DNA from: an uncultured Deferribacteres bacterium
GTDB lineage: Bacteria; Zhuqueibacterota; Zhuqueibacteria; Zhuqueibacterales; Geothermadaptataceae
Assembly (NCBI GenBank): GCA_964014485.1
Contig: CAXHAT010000151.1
Coordinates: forward strand, 1-19,848
Direction: 5' to 3'
DNA: 19,848 nucleotides
Shown: positions 9,108-18,255 of the stretch, piece after piece
How positions within the stretch are numbered: the stretch's first letter is position 1
Layout of the letters: every line of letters starts with the position of its first letter
Position numbers and translations under genes: made by a program
The notes under the pieces: model-generated
Seen by the model: only the letters and a program-made list of their open reading frames with translations
Databases searched by the model: none
Told to the model about the DNA's origin: nothing

Positions 9108-9200
9108 GCTTCACATCTACTATCTCAAGCAGTTCTTCAATTTTCTTTGAGTGCGCATTCTCGCACAATATGAATCTCGCCCCAAGAATCAGCCAAGCCT

Positions 9201-9267
9201 AAAAATCAGAAGGCTTTTGCATTTCTCCAGAAAGCGTTAGCAACGCTTTTCGAAACACAAAAGCCTT
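9201..9267 (-). terminator. Long stem-loop downstream of skp followed by a U-tract (terminator or processing site)
   Basis: Minus-strand RNA AAGGCUUUUGUGUUUC pairs with GAAAUGCAAAAGCCUU (16 bp, 2 G-U pairs). It is capped by AAAGCGUU-GCU-AACGCUUU and followed by CUGAUUUUU. Confidence 0.55.
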
Positions 9268-9294
9268 TTGTCGTAGCGGCTATAAGAATAAAGG

Positions 9295-9870
9295 TTAGTT
9301 TCTGTTCGCGGGGCCGTTAGCAGCAGACTTGTTTGCTGAAGCGCCTTTCTCAAGTTCCTGTAAAATGCGTTCGGTCAGATCGGACTGACTTTTATTTGCA
9401 AAAATAACGCTGGGCTGAGAAATATCAAAAATATAGGCATAATTTTCATCTTCGCCTAGTTTTTGGATCACGCCTTGAATTTTATCAACGATCGGCTGCA
9501 AAAGTCTGCCTTGCTCTTTATAAAATTCGCCTTGCGGGCCGAGTTTTTCCTGCTCAAATTGCTGACGGCGAAGATAAAGGTTTTGAATTTCAGTCGCGCG
9601 TTCGGCTTTGGTTTTTTCTGTTAGAACCAGCGCCTGCGCATTCAATTGCTCTTGTTTTTGTTGCAGCTCGCGCTCCATGTCAGCCGCTTCCTTTTGCCAA
9701 GCTTCATAGAGTTTTTGCAGTTCGGCCTGCGCATCCTGATGTTCTTTATAGTTTTGCAGGATTTTTTGCGAATCGACATAGCCGATCTTGAGTTGGGCAA
9801 GCGCAGACCCTGCTGAGAACAGGACTAGCGTCGCGATTACAAGAGCGCTTACGTTTTTTAAGTGTCTCAC
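9295..9870 (-). CDS. skp: Periplasmic chaperone Skp/OmpH (191 aa)
   Basis: Signal peptide ALA-Q, KIGYVDSQKIL, long helical Q/E/K-rich body, Y.YIFD...DLT.RIL..L. Follows bamA. Start moved to GTG 9870 with GGAGG (9882-9878) 7 nt upstream. Confidence 0.9.
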   Translation of the reverse strand: MRHLKNVSALVIATLVLFSAGSALAQLKIGYVDSQKILQNYKEHQDAQAELQKLYEAWQKEAADMERELQQKQEQLNAQALVLTEKTKAERATEIQNLYLRRQQFEQEKLGPQGEFYKEQGRLLQPIVDKIQGVIQKLGEDENYAYIFDISQPSVIFANKSQSDLTERILQELEKGASANKSAANGPANRN

Positions 9871-9985
9871 TAGATGACCTCCCGGACTATCATGTAAATT
9901 GTGATGAATTAACAAAATTCGTGTAAAAATGTAAGAGTAAGGTTTTAAAGTTCAAGCTGATTGAATCGAAGCTGGCGGAAACGAT

Positions 9986-12313
9986 CTAAAAACTTCTTCC
10001 GAATACAAAATGCGGCTTCCATTTCCCAAATCGTTCGCCAGTAATTGGATCAACGTTATCAAAGCCATAAGCGTAGTCAAAACCCAAAATCCCGATAAGC
10101 GGCATATGAATTCTGGCGCCAAAACCAACCGAACGGCGAAGGTTGCCAAAATTTGTTCTCTCAAGTGATTCCCAAGTGTTCCCAGCTTCTAAAAACGTCA
10201 GGGCGAAAATAGTCGGGTTCGGCGATACGGGCAGCCGAACTTCAAACGAATATTTCATCATCGTTTCGCCGCCGATCCTTAGTCTCGGGTCGCTGACGCT
10301 GTTACTGAGCGGATCATCATAGCCGCGCAACGGGATTGATCTGGTCAGGCCTTCTCCGCCCATAAAAAATCGTTCAAGGTAAGGAATCCGGGCTTTGCCG
10401 CCATAGCCTCTGATTAAACCAATTTCAAAATTTGAGTGGAGCACAAGACTCCCGATCAGCGGGGAAAACCATTCGGCTTTGAACTGTTGCTTGTGGTAGT
10501 TGACGTTTCCGCCAAGAAAAGAACCGGCGACCTCGGATGAAAAGGAGAAATTCGAGCCGTTGGTCGGAAACTCAGCGCGGTTCAAACTGTTCCTGCTGAA
10601 GATTTGCGTAATACTGCTTGAAGTAATCGGATACTGTTCCTGAGCGATGCTTAAGCTGGAAAAAATCCCAATAAAATCAGTCAGGTTGGTTCGATCAATC
10701 TTATAAATCCAGTCGCCGCGGAAAAAGTTGTCGGGCCACGCCAGTCTCCTTCCAACGCGAACGCTCCCGCCTCGGGATTCTTGCTTATAACCCGTGTACC
10801 GCGCTTCCCGCTTGATATCATAAAAGCTGATTCCGGCAAGCATTGGCTTGTCAAAGAGCCACGGCTCTGTAAAATTGATTTGAAAAGAGCGGAAGAATCG
10901 GCCAAAATTCCAGTCAAAAGCAAACTGTTGACCGTTGCCGAAAAGGTTGTTCATCGAAACGCCAATGTTGCCGATGAAACGATCTAACTCGCTCCAGCCC
11001 GCCGACATGTTGGCCGTATCAGTCGATTTTTCTTCGACTTCCAGAACGATATCGACATTTTCCTCATCCACCGGAACGGGCTGGGGATTGACGTTGCCAA
11101 AATAATTCAAAACCCACAGTTCGCGGGCGCTGCGGACAAGAAGTTCGCGGCTGAATTTCTGTCCCGGACGTACAAAAAGCGAACGCCGGATGACTTTTTC
11201 CTTCGTACGCGTATTGCCAACAATCTTGACTTTGCCGACTTCCGCGGCCTTGCCTTCGTTGATAAAAAACTTGACGTCAATTGTGTCGTTTCCGGCTGGC
11301 AGTTCTCGCGGGTTAATATTCGCCCAAATATACCCGGCGTCCCAATATGCCGTGCTGAGCTTGTCGCCTTGCGCTTCAATAAGTTTTTTAGCGCTATACT
11401 CGTCCCCGGATTGAAAATTAATGACCTGAGCTAATTGTTCAGAGGTAAAAAGCTCATTCCCTTCGAACTCAATCTTCCCGAAATAATACTTTGTATTTTC
11501 CTTAACCCAAACGTCGACAAACATCGCTTTGTTTTCCGGGCCGTAGGAAAGAGAGTCTCGTACAAGCTCGGCGTCTCTAAATCCTTTTGAACGATAAAAA
11601 TCGACGACCAGGTCTTTGTCTGCTTCGAATTTCTCAGGATCGAAATCAGCGCCGCGATACCACGTGTCTTCCTTGGTTTTTTTCATCTGCTTGCGCAGCT
11701 TTTTGTCGCCAAAAGCCAAGTTGCCGTGAAAGTTGATTTTCTTGACTTGAACCTTGTTGCCTTCCTTAATATCGATCAGCACGGAAACTTTGCCGGAATC
11801 GTCAGGCATAGCGACTTGATCGGAAGAAACTTCCGCCAAGAGAAACCCTTTGTCTTTATAGAGGTCTTTTATCGAATGTCGCCAGTTGTTCAGGCGGGCG
11901 GGACTAACAGCTAATCCACGATAGGCGTCGTCCAATTCTTTCTGCAAAGTTTTTTCTTTGACGCGCTTGTTTCCCTTGAATTGGACTTTTTCGAGCCTGG
12001 GGAATTCTTCAACTTTAATCGTAATTTCAATTCCCGAGTCGCCAACTTCGCGGTCAATGACGATTTGCACGTCTGAGAAGAAGCCGAGCTCCCACAGCGT
12101 TCGAATTGCATTTTGAACGTCGTCCCCGGTTACTGTAGCGCCTTCGGTCAGGCCGGAATGTATGCGGATAACGTTATCATTAAAAGTAGACGCGCCTTCT
12201 ACTTTAACGCCAAGCAATGTCGCTTTGCGCGCGGCAGGGTTTTGCGCAAGAGCGGCGGCTGGCAGAGCCATGACAGCAAAAAAAAGCGCTAAGTATCTAA
12301 TAAATCTATACAT
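9986..12313 (-). CDS. bamA: Outer membrane protein assembly factor BamA (about 775 aa)
   Basis: Signal peptide MYRFIRYLALFFAVMALPAAALA, POTRA repeats (F.GN...Y...G[FY]; GNTRTKEKVIRR), NLFGNGQ, FTEPWLFD, ERFFMGG...LRGY, C-terminal Phe. ATG 12313 chosen because it directly begins the signal peptide; 12328 is an alternative. Confidence 0.95.
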   Translation of the reverse strand: MYRFIRYLALFFAVMALPAAALAQNPAARKATLLGVKVEGASTFNDNVIRIHSGLTEGATVTGDDVQNAIRTLWELGFFSDVQIVIDREVGDSGIEITIKVEEFPRLEKVQFKGNKRVKEKTLQKELDDAYRGLAVSPARLNNWRHSIKDLYKDKGFLLAEVSSDQVAMPDDSGKVSVLIDIKEGNKVQVKKINFHGNLAFGDKKLRKQMKKTKEDTWYRGADFDPEKFEADKDLVVDFYRSKGFRDAELVRDSLSYGPENKAMFVDVWVKENTKYYFGKIEFEGNELFTSEQLAQVINFQSGDEYSAKKLIEAQGDKLSTAYWDAGYIWANINPRELPAGNDTIDVKFFINEGKAAEVGKVKIVGNTRTKEKVIRRSLFVRPGQKFSRELLVRSARELWVLNYFGNVNPQPVPVDEENVDIVLEVEEKSTDTANMSAGWSELDRFIGNIGVSMNNLFGNGQQFAFDWNFGRFFRSFQINFTEPWLFDKPMLAGISFYDIKREARYTGYKQESRGGSVRVGRRLAWPDNFFRGDWIYKIDRTNLTDFIGIFSSLSIAQEQYPITSSSITQIFSRNSLNRAEFPTNGSNFSFSSEVAGSFLGGNVNYHKQQFKAEWFSPLIGSLVLHSNFEIGLIRGYGGKARIPYLERFFMGGEGLTRSIPLRGYDDPLSNSVSDPRLRIGGETMMKYSFEVRLPVSPNPTIFALTFLEAGNTWESLERTNFGNLRRSVGFGARIHMPLIGILGFDYAYGFDNVDPITGERFGKWKPHFVFGRSF

Positions 12314-12347
12314 GCTTAAACTTTCCATATTCTGAAAAAACGCGCTC

Positions 12348-12376
12348 AAAGTACAAATCCCTTTATATAATGTAAA
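12348..12376 (-). promoter_or_regulatory. Possible internal promoter for bamA-skp
   Basis: Minus strand TTTACA (12376-12371), 17-nt spacer, TACTTT (12353-12348) in the 80-nt tamB-bamA gap. The gap is AT-rich, so a chance match is possible. Confidence 0.3.
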
Positions 12377-12393
12377 GAAAAATTCCCGGCTCA

Positions 12394-15300
12394 TTAAAAT
12401 GGAAAAGAATGCCGCAGCCAAATGCGCTTGTCCTCTTTCCAGGGCGACGCAAGAGCGTTATTGTAGTCGTATTGCATTTGCAGAAGCAACGACGGATTAA
12501 TGCGAAATTCGAACCCCAGTGTATGCCTAAACCCAATATTTGGCGTTTCCAAAGTATTATAAACCGGCCAAGTGTCAATCTGCCCGGTATAGAGAAAATA
12601 CATTCTATTTGACAAATATTTTCCCAAGGTCACTTTCGAGCTGCGAAATATCGTCAGCGCCAAATCCAAATCTGTTCTGCTGTTATCATTGATTTCGAGA
12701 AAATTTCTGGTAAATCTCGAATGAAGACGAACGACGTCTAAACCAAGCGAACTTCTCAATTTGCGTTCAACAGGGCGCAACAGGTTCCGGAAAACGATTC
12801 GCTCCGTATTCATCGTGAGAAATTCCGTCGCCTGTTCGCGAATATCATCGAGATTGTTGAATTTAACGCCCAAGATCGAGAGCAAGTTCACTTTTGAATA
12901 ATTATAATATTGATTATCCGATTCGATCTCCAAATAAACGTCTTCAAGCCTGGCTCTTTGCTTGAGCGCGCCGGTTTCAGGGTCACGCGCCAAGAGTTTC
13001 AAATAAACATGATCGGAACGTTCGAGCGTATCGTTGTAAATGGTCGTCCATGCCGTCCCATTCAAAATCGGCTCCAACGAACTCCGATCCCACGCCGCGC
13101 TAAATTTGTCTATTCTGAAATCGAGATCAAAATACTCAATCGTTCCGCGCGTCGATTCGACCTGGCCGGCAATGCGAAAAGAGCTTGTATCATCTTCAAC
13201 AAGTTGCTTCCTGATCTCCTTCCAACGAGACGTGTAAGCGTCTTGCACTTCTAACATGTCGCCTCGGCCGTTAGCCGGTCGTTGAATCACGTGGCCGTTC
13301 GTTTGATTCGAGCCGCTCTTTGCCGCCAAATCTTTTTCAACTTCGAGAGGAACGAATGTCGAAGTGTCGCGAACGACGCCAGTGAAATGGAGACGACTAA
13401 CGGCGTCGTTTAGCCCTAGGTTCACATAAAAATTGCTTATCCCGTATTTGAGCTCTTTAACATATCTGTTATCCTTCCCGGCTATGGCCGCAACGTCCCA
13501 ATCGGCGTTCATCAATATATTCAGGATAACCGCGTTCGATGAATCACTAGATTCAATGAACGGGTAGGTTAAATCAACTTTATTTAAAACAACATCGCCG
13601 CGGAAAACAGGATGCCCCCAAGGCCCGGCAATAAAAAAGCCCGGTTCGTCTCTTGTGATTTGCTCTTCATCAGACGGAAGCGCCGTCCCGTTTGCCGCCG
13701 CCTTGCTTCTTCCTTTGAAATGAAAGTTGCCAACTTCACCGGGTTGCATAAGCCCGGGAATATATAGCGGCACTCCTCCAGGCTCTGAATTAAGCTGAAG
13801 CGTCCCCAAACTCATCCAATCGCGGTTTAAAATGAGCGGCGCGCCCAGATTGCCCCGTCTGACCGGCGCATACTCGTAATTCGTTAGCGACAGCTTCTTT
13901 CCCCCGATTTTTCCATCCAGTTTTACGATTTCGACAAAGCGACCGCGGGTAACGAGCTTGGCTTCAATATCCGTTATCTTGTCGGCAACTTGATTTAAAT
14001 GAATGCGCCCGTTTGAAATGTTCAGTTGCGAGTCCATGAGACGCATTCGCTTGTACGGCCCGCCAAGCTTAAGATCCAACTCGCCGTACCCGTACGTTTG
14101 CGTAACGTTTTGCGTAAAATCAGAAAGCGTCGAAAGAAAATCGCCGCTGCCTTTAAGCTCGATTCTCGCCGAATCCTGTTTATTCAAGGGAAAAACGCCG
14201 CTGCCTCGCATGACATACTTTTTAGATTTTCTGAACGTAATGCCGCCGACACGCCAGCCGTCATCGCTCAGAAAAGAATGGCCATTATTTTCATCGCCGA
14301 GGTCAAATCGAAGTTCATCAAAACTAAACCATAGCGCCTGTCCGTCACGTACATTGACGCTGCCGTAAGTTGCAAGCGGCCACTTGTCGCCTCTCAATTT
14401 GATATCAACATCAGCTCTCCCCAAAACGACGCTGTCCCGCGTCGAAAGGGTAAAGAGAAGATGGTTAATATCGATGTTTTGACCTGAAAGCGTAAAATCG
14501 ATCTTGCGCGGCGAGTTGGTAATTTCCCCGCTCAACGCAAGGAAGGGCTGTTGGCTTTCATTGATTAAAAACCTGTCGAGTCGAAAGCCCTTTCTATCGA
14601 TGTTCGCGGACAATACAACGTCGTATATTCCTGCGCCTTTGTAATAGCCGTTAAAAATGCCGCCGTCAATTTCCGCAACCGGTTCTCGCAGCTTCCCGCT
14701 CAGTTTAACCTTGCCGAAAGCGCGTCCCGTGACGATTTTAAGCCCGGTCGAATCATCAATCGTCGAAATTTCTTCAAGCTCAAGGTCTTGAAGGTTGATT
14801 TCGCCGTCAACATTTTGCCCTCCAACCAACTCAACCTTCGCCTGACCAGTGACCCACTTGCCGTCGCCGATACGATAGATATTCAACAATTTTTCATCAT
14901 AAGAAGCGGCAAAGCTCGTGGAAAGCATTTCATTCCGCTCGGGGTAAAGACTCAGCTTTCCTGTCACGGAACCGGTGTTTTTACCGTTTTCTTTAAGCTC
15001 CAGCGTTGAAATAAGAAAAGGCTTTTCTTCCTCCAGCCCGACCCCCCTTATTCTTAAAGAAAGGTCGCTTGGCGAGCCGAGTACGCTGGTTTCCAAGCGA
15101 TAACGGTCAGCAAAATAATTGGGAACGGGGAATCGCAAAAGCTTTGCGGCGGTTGTCAGATCGTTGATTTCAAAATCAAAATGAGGCTTTTCTAATGTGT
15201 TGGTGATGCTTCCTTGAGCGAACAATCGGTCGAATTGATCTTGAGTATTGAAGCTTATGTCCCAGTTTTCAATTTCAAAATCACCGTTGAACCCCAAACG

Positions 15301-16764
15301 CTCCTGCGAAGCGGTCGGCAACATCAACGAAAAGGCGCCGTCGAAACGCGGCGAGTTTAGTCGCCCTTTGACTTGGGCTGTAATTTTTCCTTGAGCGCCG
15401 GAGAGTCTTTCCAGCCGAAGCGCTTCAAACACCGGCGTAAAATCGCCCTCAGTTTTCAGCATCGCCGAAATTGTGTGGTGCGAGCCGTTGAAAAAAATGT
15501 CTCCTTCGCCTTCAATTCTGTTAAATCGATTTTGCGCCACTGCTCTTTCAAAGCTTAAAACAGAATCGATCAGCGAAACATTCACAATCGCTTTTTCCAA
15601 ATGCAAATCCTGGAAAAATAAACTGTCACTCTGAAAAACGCCGTGGAACGCCGGCTGATCGATCGTGCCGCTCAAGAGCAGCTCCAACTCACCTCGCCCG
15701 CTGACGAGCGATTCAGAATCAGGCGTAAGTTTTTCAATCCAGGATTTTGGCGAAAAATCGTATGATTTGAGCGTGATCCACAATTGAGGCTCAATAAGGT
15801 TTTTCAGATCGCCGCTCAACTCAATTTTAGAACCGTTTAGATAACAAGCGCCGCTGAGAATCTTCACCGAATCATTTGCCACGCTTGCTTCAATATCAAT
15901 ATCTTCAAACGTCAAGTTGCCTTTTTTGAGAAAGGCTTCCCCGTCTTGCAAGAAAACCTTGCCGTGCAAGCCGTAGCTGTGTTCATCTGGCTGATTCATG
16001 AGGGAGACGCTGACCGACATGGCCCCGTCCCGCAAAACGATGCCCGTTTTTTCTCCCAAATCAACTTCTTTGTCAAAAACGTACTTGGCTGAGAAAAGGA
16101 GGGAATCGATTTCTCCAGCTTCCAGATCAACACGGCAATCGAATCTCACGCTCTGCTCGTTTTCGCGCAAGGAAGCGACAAAAACAACGTCGTTTTTTTG
16201 GTTGTCAACGATAATCGATGAGCCGTAAATTTCTTTCAGAAGTTGTCGCGCGGGTGCATTTCTGTCGTCTTCCAGGAACAATTCGCCGGCATTAAATTGA
16301 ATAAACTTGGTCCAGTCCTTCATCCCGGACAGTGCTTCCGAAACGTCCACCAAGGTTTCGATGAGGCGGGTTTCATCCGGTTTTTGGAGAATGCCGTTTT
16401 TAGGCATGCTGGAGGAGATAGTCAGGCGAGGTTTACTGATAAAGACTTGTTTATCCGTTTCGTCAAAGTTGAAGCCTTCCTTAATAAAGGCCTTCGAATC
16501 GTAGTCGAGGCGCGCTTCTTCAATCCAAATGCGAAAAGATTCGTCTTGAGGCTTGTACACAAGGTTCTCAAAGTGCAGCGATCCTAACCCGAAAGTAATT
16601 TCTTCGACTTCGAGTTCGTCCCCAAAGGTAGCGATCAGCTCAGAACGTACGTACTCGACCAGGCGCTGGTTAAATTCAAAAAACTTCCAGGCTTGGTGAG
16701 TAATTATGATCGCTAGCGGGGTAAAAATGACGATCACAAAAAAAATACGGCGTATTTTTTTCAT
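12394..16764 (-). CDS. TamB/AsmA-like bridge protein (translocation and assembly module TamB-type, about 1456 aa)
   Basis: N-terminal membrane anchor MKKIRRIFFVIVIFTPLAIII, long run of Gly-rich beta repeats (L.G....P...G), and a TamB/DUF490-like C-terminus KVTLGKYLSNRMYFLY...GFEFRINP.L.LQ. Directly upstream of bamA. Confidence 0.75.
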   Translation of the reverse strand: MKKIRRIFFVIVIFTPLAIIITHQAWKFFEFNQRLVEYVRSELIATFGDELEVEEITFGLGSLHFENLVYKPQDESFRIWIEEARLDYDSKAFIKEGFNFDETDKQVFISKPRLTISSSMPKNGILQKPDETRLIETLVDVSEALSGMKDWTKFIQFNAGELFLEDDRNAPARQLLKEIYGSSIIVDNQKNDVVFVASLRENEQSVRFDCRVDLEAGEIDSLLFSAKYVFDKEVDLGEKTGIVLRDGAMSVSVSLMNQPDEHSYGLHGKVFLQDGEAFLKKGNLTFEDIDIEASVANDSVKILSGACYLNGSKIELSGDLKNLIEPQLWITLKSYDFSPKSWIEKLTPDSESLVSGRGELELLLSGTIDQPAFHGVFQSDSLFFQDLHLEKAIVNVSLIDSVLSFERAVAQNRFNRIEGEGDIFFNGSHHTISAMLKTEGDFTPVFEALRLERLSGAQGKITAQVKGRLNSPRFDGAFSLMLPTASQERLGFNGDFEIENWDISFNTQDQFDRLFAQGSITNTLEKPHFDFEINDLTTAAKLLRFPVPNYFADRYRLETSVLGSPSDLSLRIRGVGLEEEKPFLISTLELKENGKNTGSVTGKLSLYPERNEMLSTSFAASYDEKLLNIYRIGDGKWVTGQAKVELVGGQNVDGEINLQDLELEEISTIDDSTGLKIVTGRAFGKVKLSGKLREPVAEIDGGIFNGYYKGAGIYDVVLSANIDRKGFRLDRFLINESQQPFLALSGEITNSPRKIDFTLSGQNIDINHLLFTLSTRDSVVLGRADVDIKLRGDKWPLATYGSVNVRDGQALWFSFDELRFDLGDENNGHSFLSDDGWRVGGITFRKSKKYVMRGSGVFPLNKQDSARIELKGSGDFLSTLSDFTQNVTQTYGYGELDLKLGGPYKRMRLMDSQLNISNGRIHLNQVADKITDIEAKLVTRGRFVEIVKLDGKIGGKKLSLTNYEYAPVRRGNLGAPLILNRDWMSLGTLQLNSEPGGVPLYIPGLMQPGEVGNFHFKGRSKAAANGTALPSDEEQITRDEPGFFIAGPWGHPVFRGDVVLNKVDLTYPFIESSDSSNAVILNILMNADWDVAAIAGKDNRYVKELKYGISNFYVNLGLNDAVSRLHFTGVVRDTSTFVPLEVEKDLAAKSGSNQTNGHVIQRPANGRGDMLEVQDAYTSRWKEIRKQLVEDDTSSFRIAGQVESTRGTIEYFDLDFRIDKFSAAWDRSSLEPILNGTAWTTIYNDTLERSDHVYLKLLARDPETGALKQRARLEDVYLEIESDNQYYNYSKVNLLSILGVKFNNLDDIREQATEFLTMNTERIVFRNLLRPVERKLRSSLGLDVVRLHSRFTRNFLEINDNSRTDLDLALTIFRSSKVTLGKYLSNRMYFLYTGQIDTWPVYNTLETPNIGFRHTLGFEFRINPSLLLQMQYDYNNALASPWKEDKRIWLRHSFPF

Positions 16765-16900
16765 TCTGATAAACAATATTTATCTAAAAATGTGTTTGAT
16801 GATAAATTCGCAAAGATGTTGCCAGCTTTTCCAGCCGGCGGCGATTCACGCTGAAGCAAACTGCGCGAGGGCGACAGAGACTTACCGTCCCTGTTGGGAG

Positions 16901-17710
16901 TTACGACTTGTTGGCGGGCTTTTTTCTTTTGCTGTGTTGATTTATTTGTTCGCCAACCTTGCCGAACCTTCTCTCGCGCTGCTGGAAAACGCGAATAGCT
17001 TCGTAAAATTCAAGACGGCGAAATTCAGGCCAAAACTTTTCTGTAAAATAGATTTCTGTATAAGCTAGCTGCCAGAGCAAAAAATTGCTCAACCGCAATT
17101 CACCGGACGTCCGAATGAGCAGGTCGGGGTCGGGAAGGTCACAAGTGTACAAATAGCGATCAAAAACCGTCTCCGTAATATCAGACTGTTCGGTCTTGTT
17201 TTTTTTTGCATCTGAAATGATTTTGTTTACGGCGTCAATTATTTCCTGGCGGCCGCTGTAGCTAAGGGCAAGATTTAGCGTCAGACCTGTGTTTTTGCGC
17301 AACAGGTGCATGGCTTGTTGTATGCCTTGACGAGGCAGAAAAGGCAAATCTTCGATGCGCCCGATCGCTTGCAGCTTTACGTTATTTCGGTTTAGATCAT
17401 CAACTTCATTTCTGATCGTCTGCAAAAGCAGCGACATGAGTGCGCTGACTTCTTTTTTCGGGCGCTTCCAGTTTTCAGTTGAAAAAGTGTATAAAGTGAG
17501 ATATTTAACGTTTAACTCGCCGGCGGCGTTGACGATTTCGCGAACGGAATTGACGCCTTCCTGGTGCCCGGCCACTCTCGGCAAGCGCCTTTCTTGAGCC
17601 CACCTGCCGTTTCCGTCCATGATAATTGCAATATGTTGTGGAATTTGGCCGCCTGCCAAAACCTCGCTCTTTACACGCTTTTCTTCAAGCTCTAATTTTT
17701 CAGCGACCAT
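16901..17710 (-). CDS. uppS: Undecaprenyl diphosphate synthase (cis-isoprenyl transferase, about 269 aa)
   Basis: Motifs HIAIIMDGNGRWA, LYTFSTENWKRP and PDPDLLIRTSGELRLSNFLLWQ. ATG 17710 preferred because TTG 17737 overlaps the predicted -10 box. Confidence 0.96.
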   Translation of the reverse strand: MVAEKLELEEKRVKSEVLAGGQIPQHIAIIMDGNGRWAQERRLPRVAGHQEGVNSVREIVNAAGELNVKYLTLYTFSTENWKRPKKEVSALMSLLLQTIRNEVDDLNRNNVKLQAIGRIEDLPFLPRQGIQQAMHLLRKNTGLTLNLALSYSGRQEIIDAVNKIISDAKKNKTEQSDITETVFDRYLYTCDLPDPDLLIRTSGELRLSNFLLWQLAYTEIYFTEKFWPEFRRLEFYEAIRVFQQRERRFGKVGEQINQHSKRKKPANKS

Positions 17711-17736
17711 CCTCTTGCCTTCGTTCGAAAGTGTCA

Positions 17737-17765
17737 AACTTATCCTAAATAGCCTGAAAAGTCAA
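17737..17765 (-). promoter_or_regulatory. Putative sigma70 promoter of the uppS-tamB-bamA cluster
   Basis: Minus strand TTGACT (17765-17760), 17-nt spacer, TAAGTT (17742-17737). Confidence 0.55.
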
Positions 17766-17936
17766 GCTAAATTGAAGCCGGAAGCTGCCGTAAATTGAAG
17801 GTGTTAAGCCAATTTTACATCTATTTTTTCCGCAGCGATCCATGATGACCGTACGCTTTTTCAATTGGTTGCATAACTCAGGATGGAAACGTGTAACCTT
17901 TTAATTTATAACCATTTTACACAGGAAGTGAAAATT

Positions 17937-18146
17937 ATGGATACGCAAGCCTTTCAGTTGGATTACCTCGAGATCGAACCCGCGTCTTCTAAGGCGCTCA
18001 AGGACAACGTTCGCGAAATATTGGATCAGTCGAGAAGCTATTCCGCTGCAATTGCCGGTCATAACAACAAGACCGGAGAATATGAGATTGTCATTAAAGG
18101 AAAATTGACGGACGAGGCGGCGGCAAGCCTGGCTCCGAAGATGTGA
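17937..18146 (+). CDS. Small hypothetical protein (69 aa, MDTQAFQLDYLEIEP...)
   Basis: Sits alone in an intergenic gap, divergent from uppS. AGGAAG upstream of ATG 17937, natural-looking composition, and a terminator 35 nt downstream. No family recognised. Confidence 0.65.
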   Translation: MDTQAFQLDYLEIEPASSKALKDNVREILDQSRSYSAAIAGHNNKTGEYEIVIKGKLTDEAAASLAPKM

Positions 18147-18180
18147 TCGAATACTTTGCCAGACTCGAAACTCGTTTTAC

Positions 18181-18222
18181 AAGAAAAGGGCGTGTTAAAT
18201 TTAGCACGCCCTTTTCTTTTTT
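18181..18222. terminator. Bidirectional intrinsic terminator
   Basis: Perfect 14-bp inverted repeat AAGAAAAGGGCGTG (18181-18194) / CACGCCCTTTTCTT (18205-18218), with an A-rich left end and T-rich right end, between two convergent genes. Confidence 0.85.
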
Positions 18223-18255
18223 AACGCTTTTGAGAACGATTCATTGCCCCGAGAG

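Noticed and set aside
9871..9985. Promoter-like hexamers and a GAACTT (sigmaE-like -35) upstream of skp
   Set aside because: AT-rich gap with several weak alternatives and no properly spaced sigmaE -10 element.
12314..12421. Apparent bamA/tamB overlap and 36-aa BamA extension
   Set aside because: The signal peptide begins at ATG 12313, so the extension is an artefact of taking the longest ORF.
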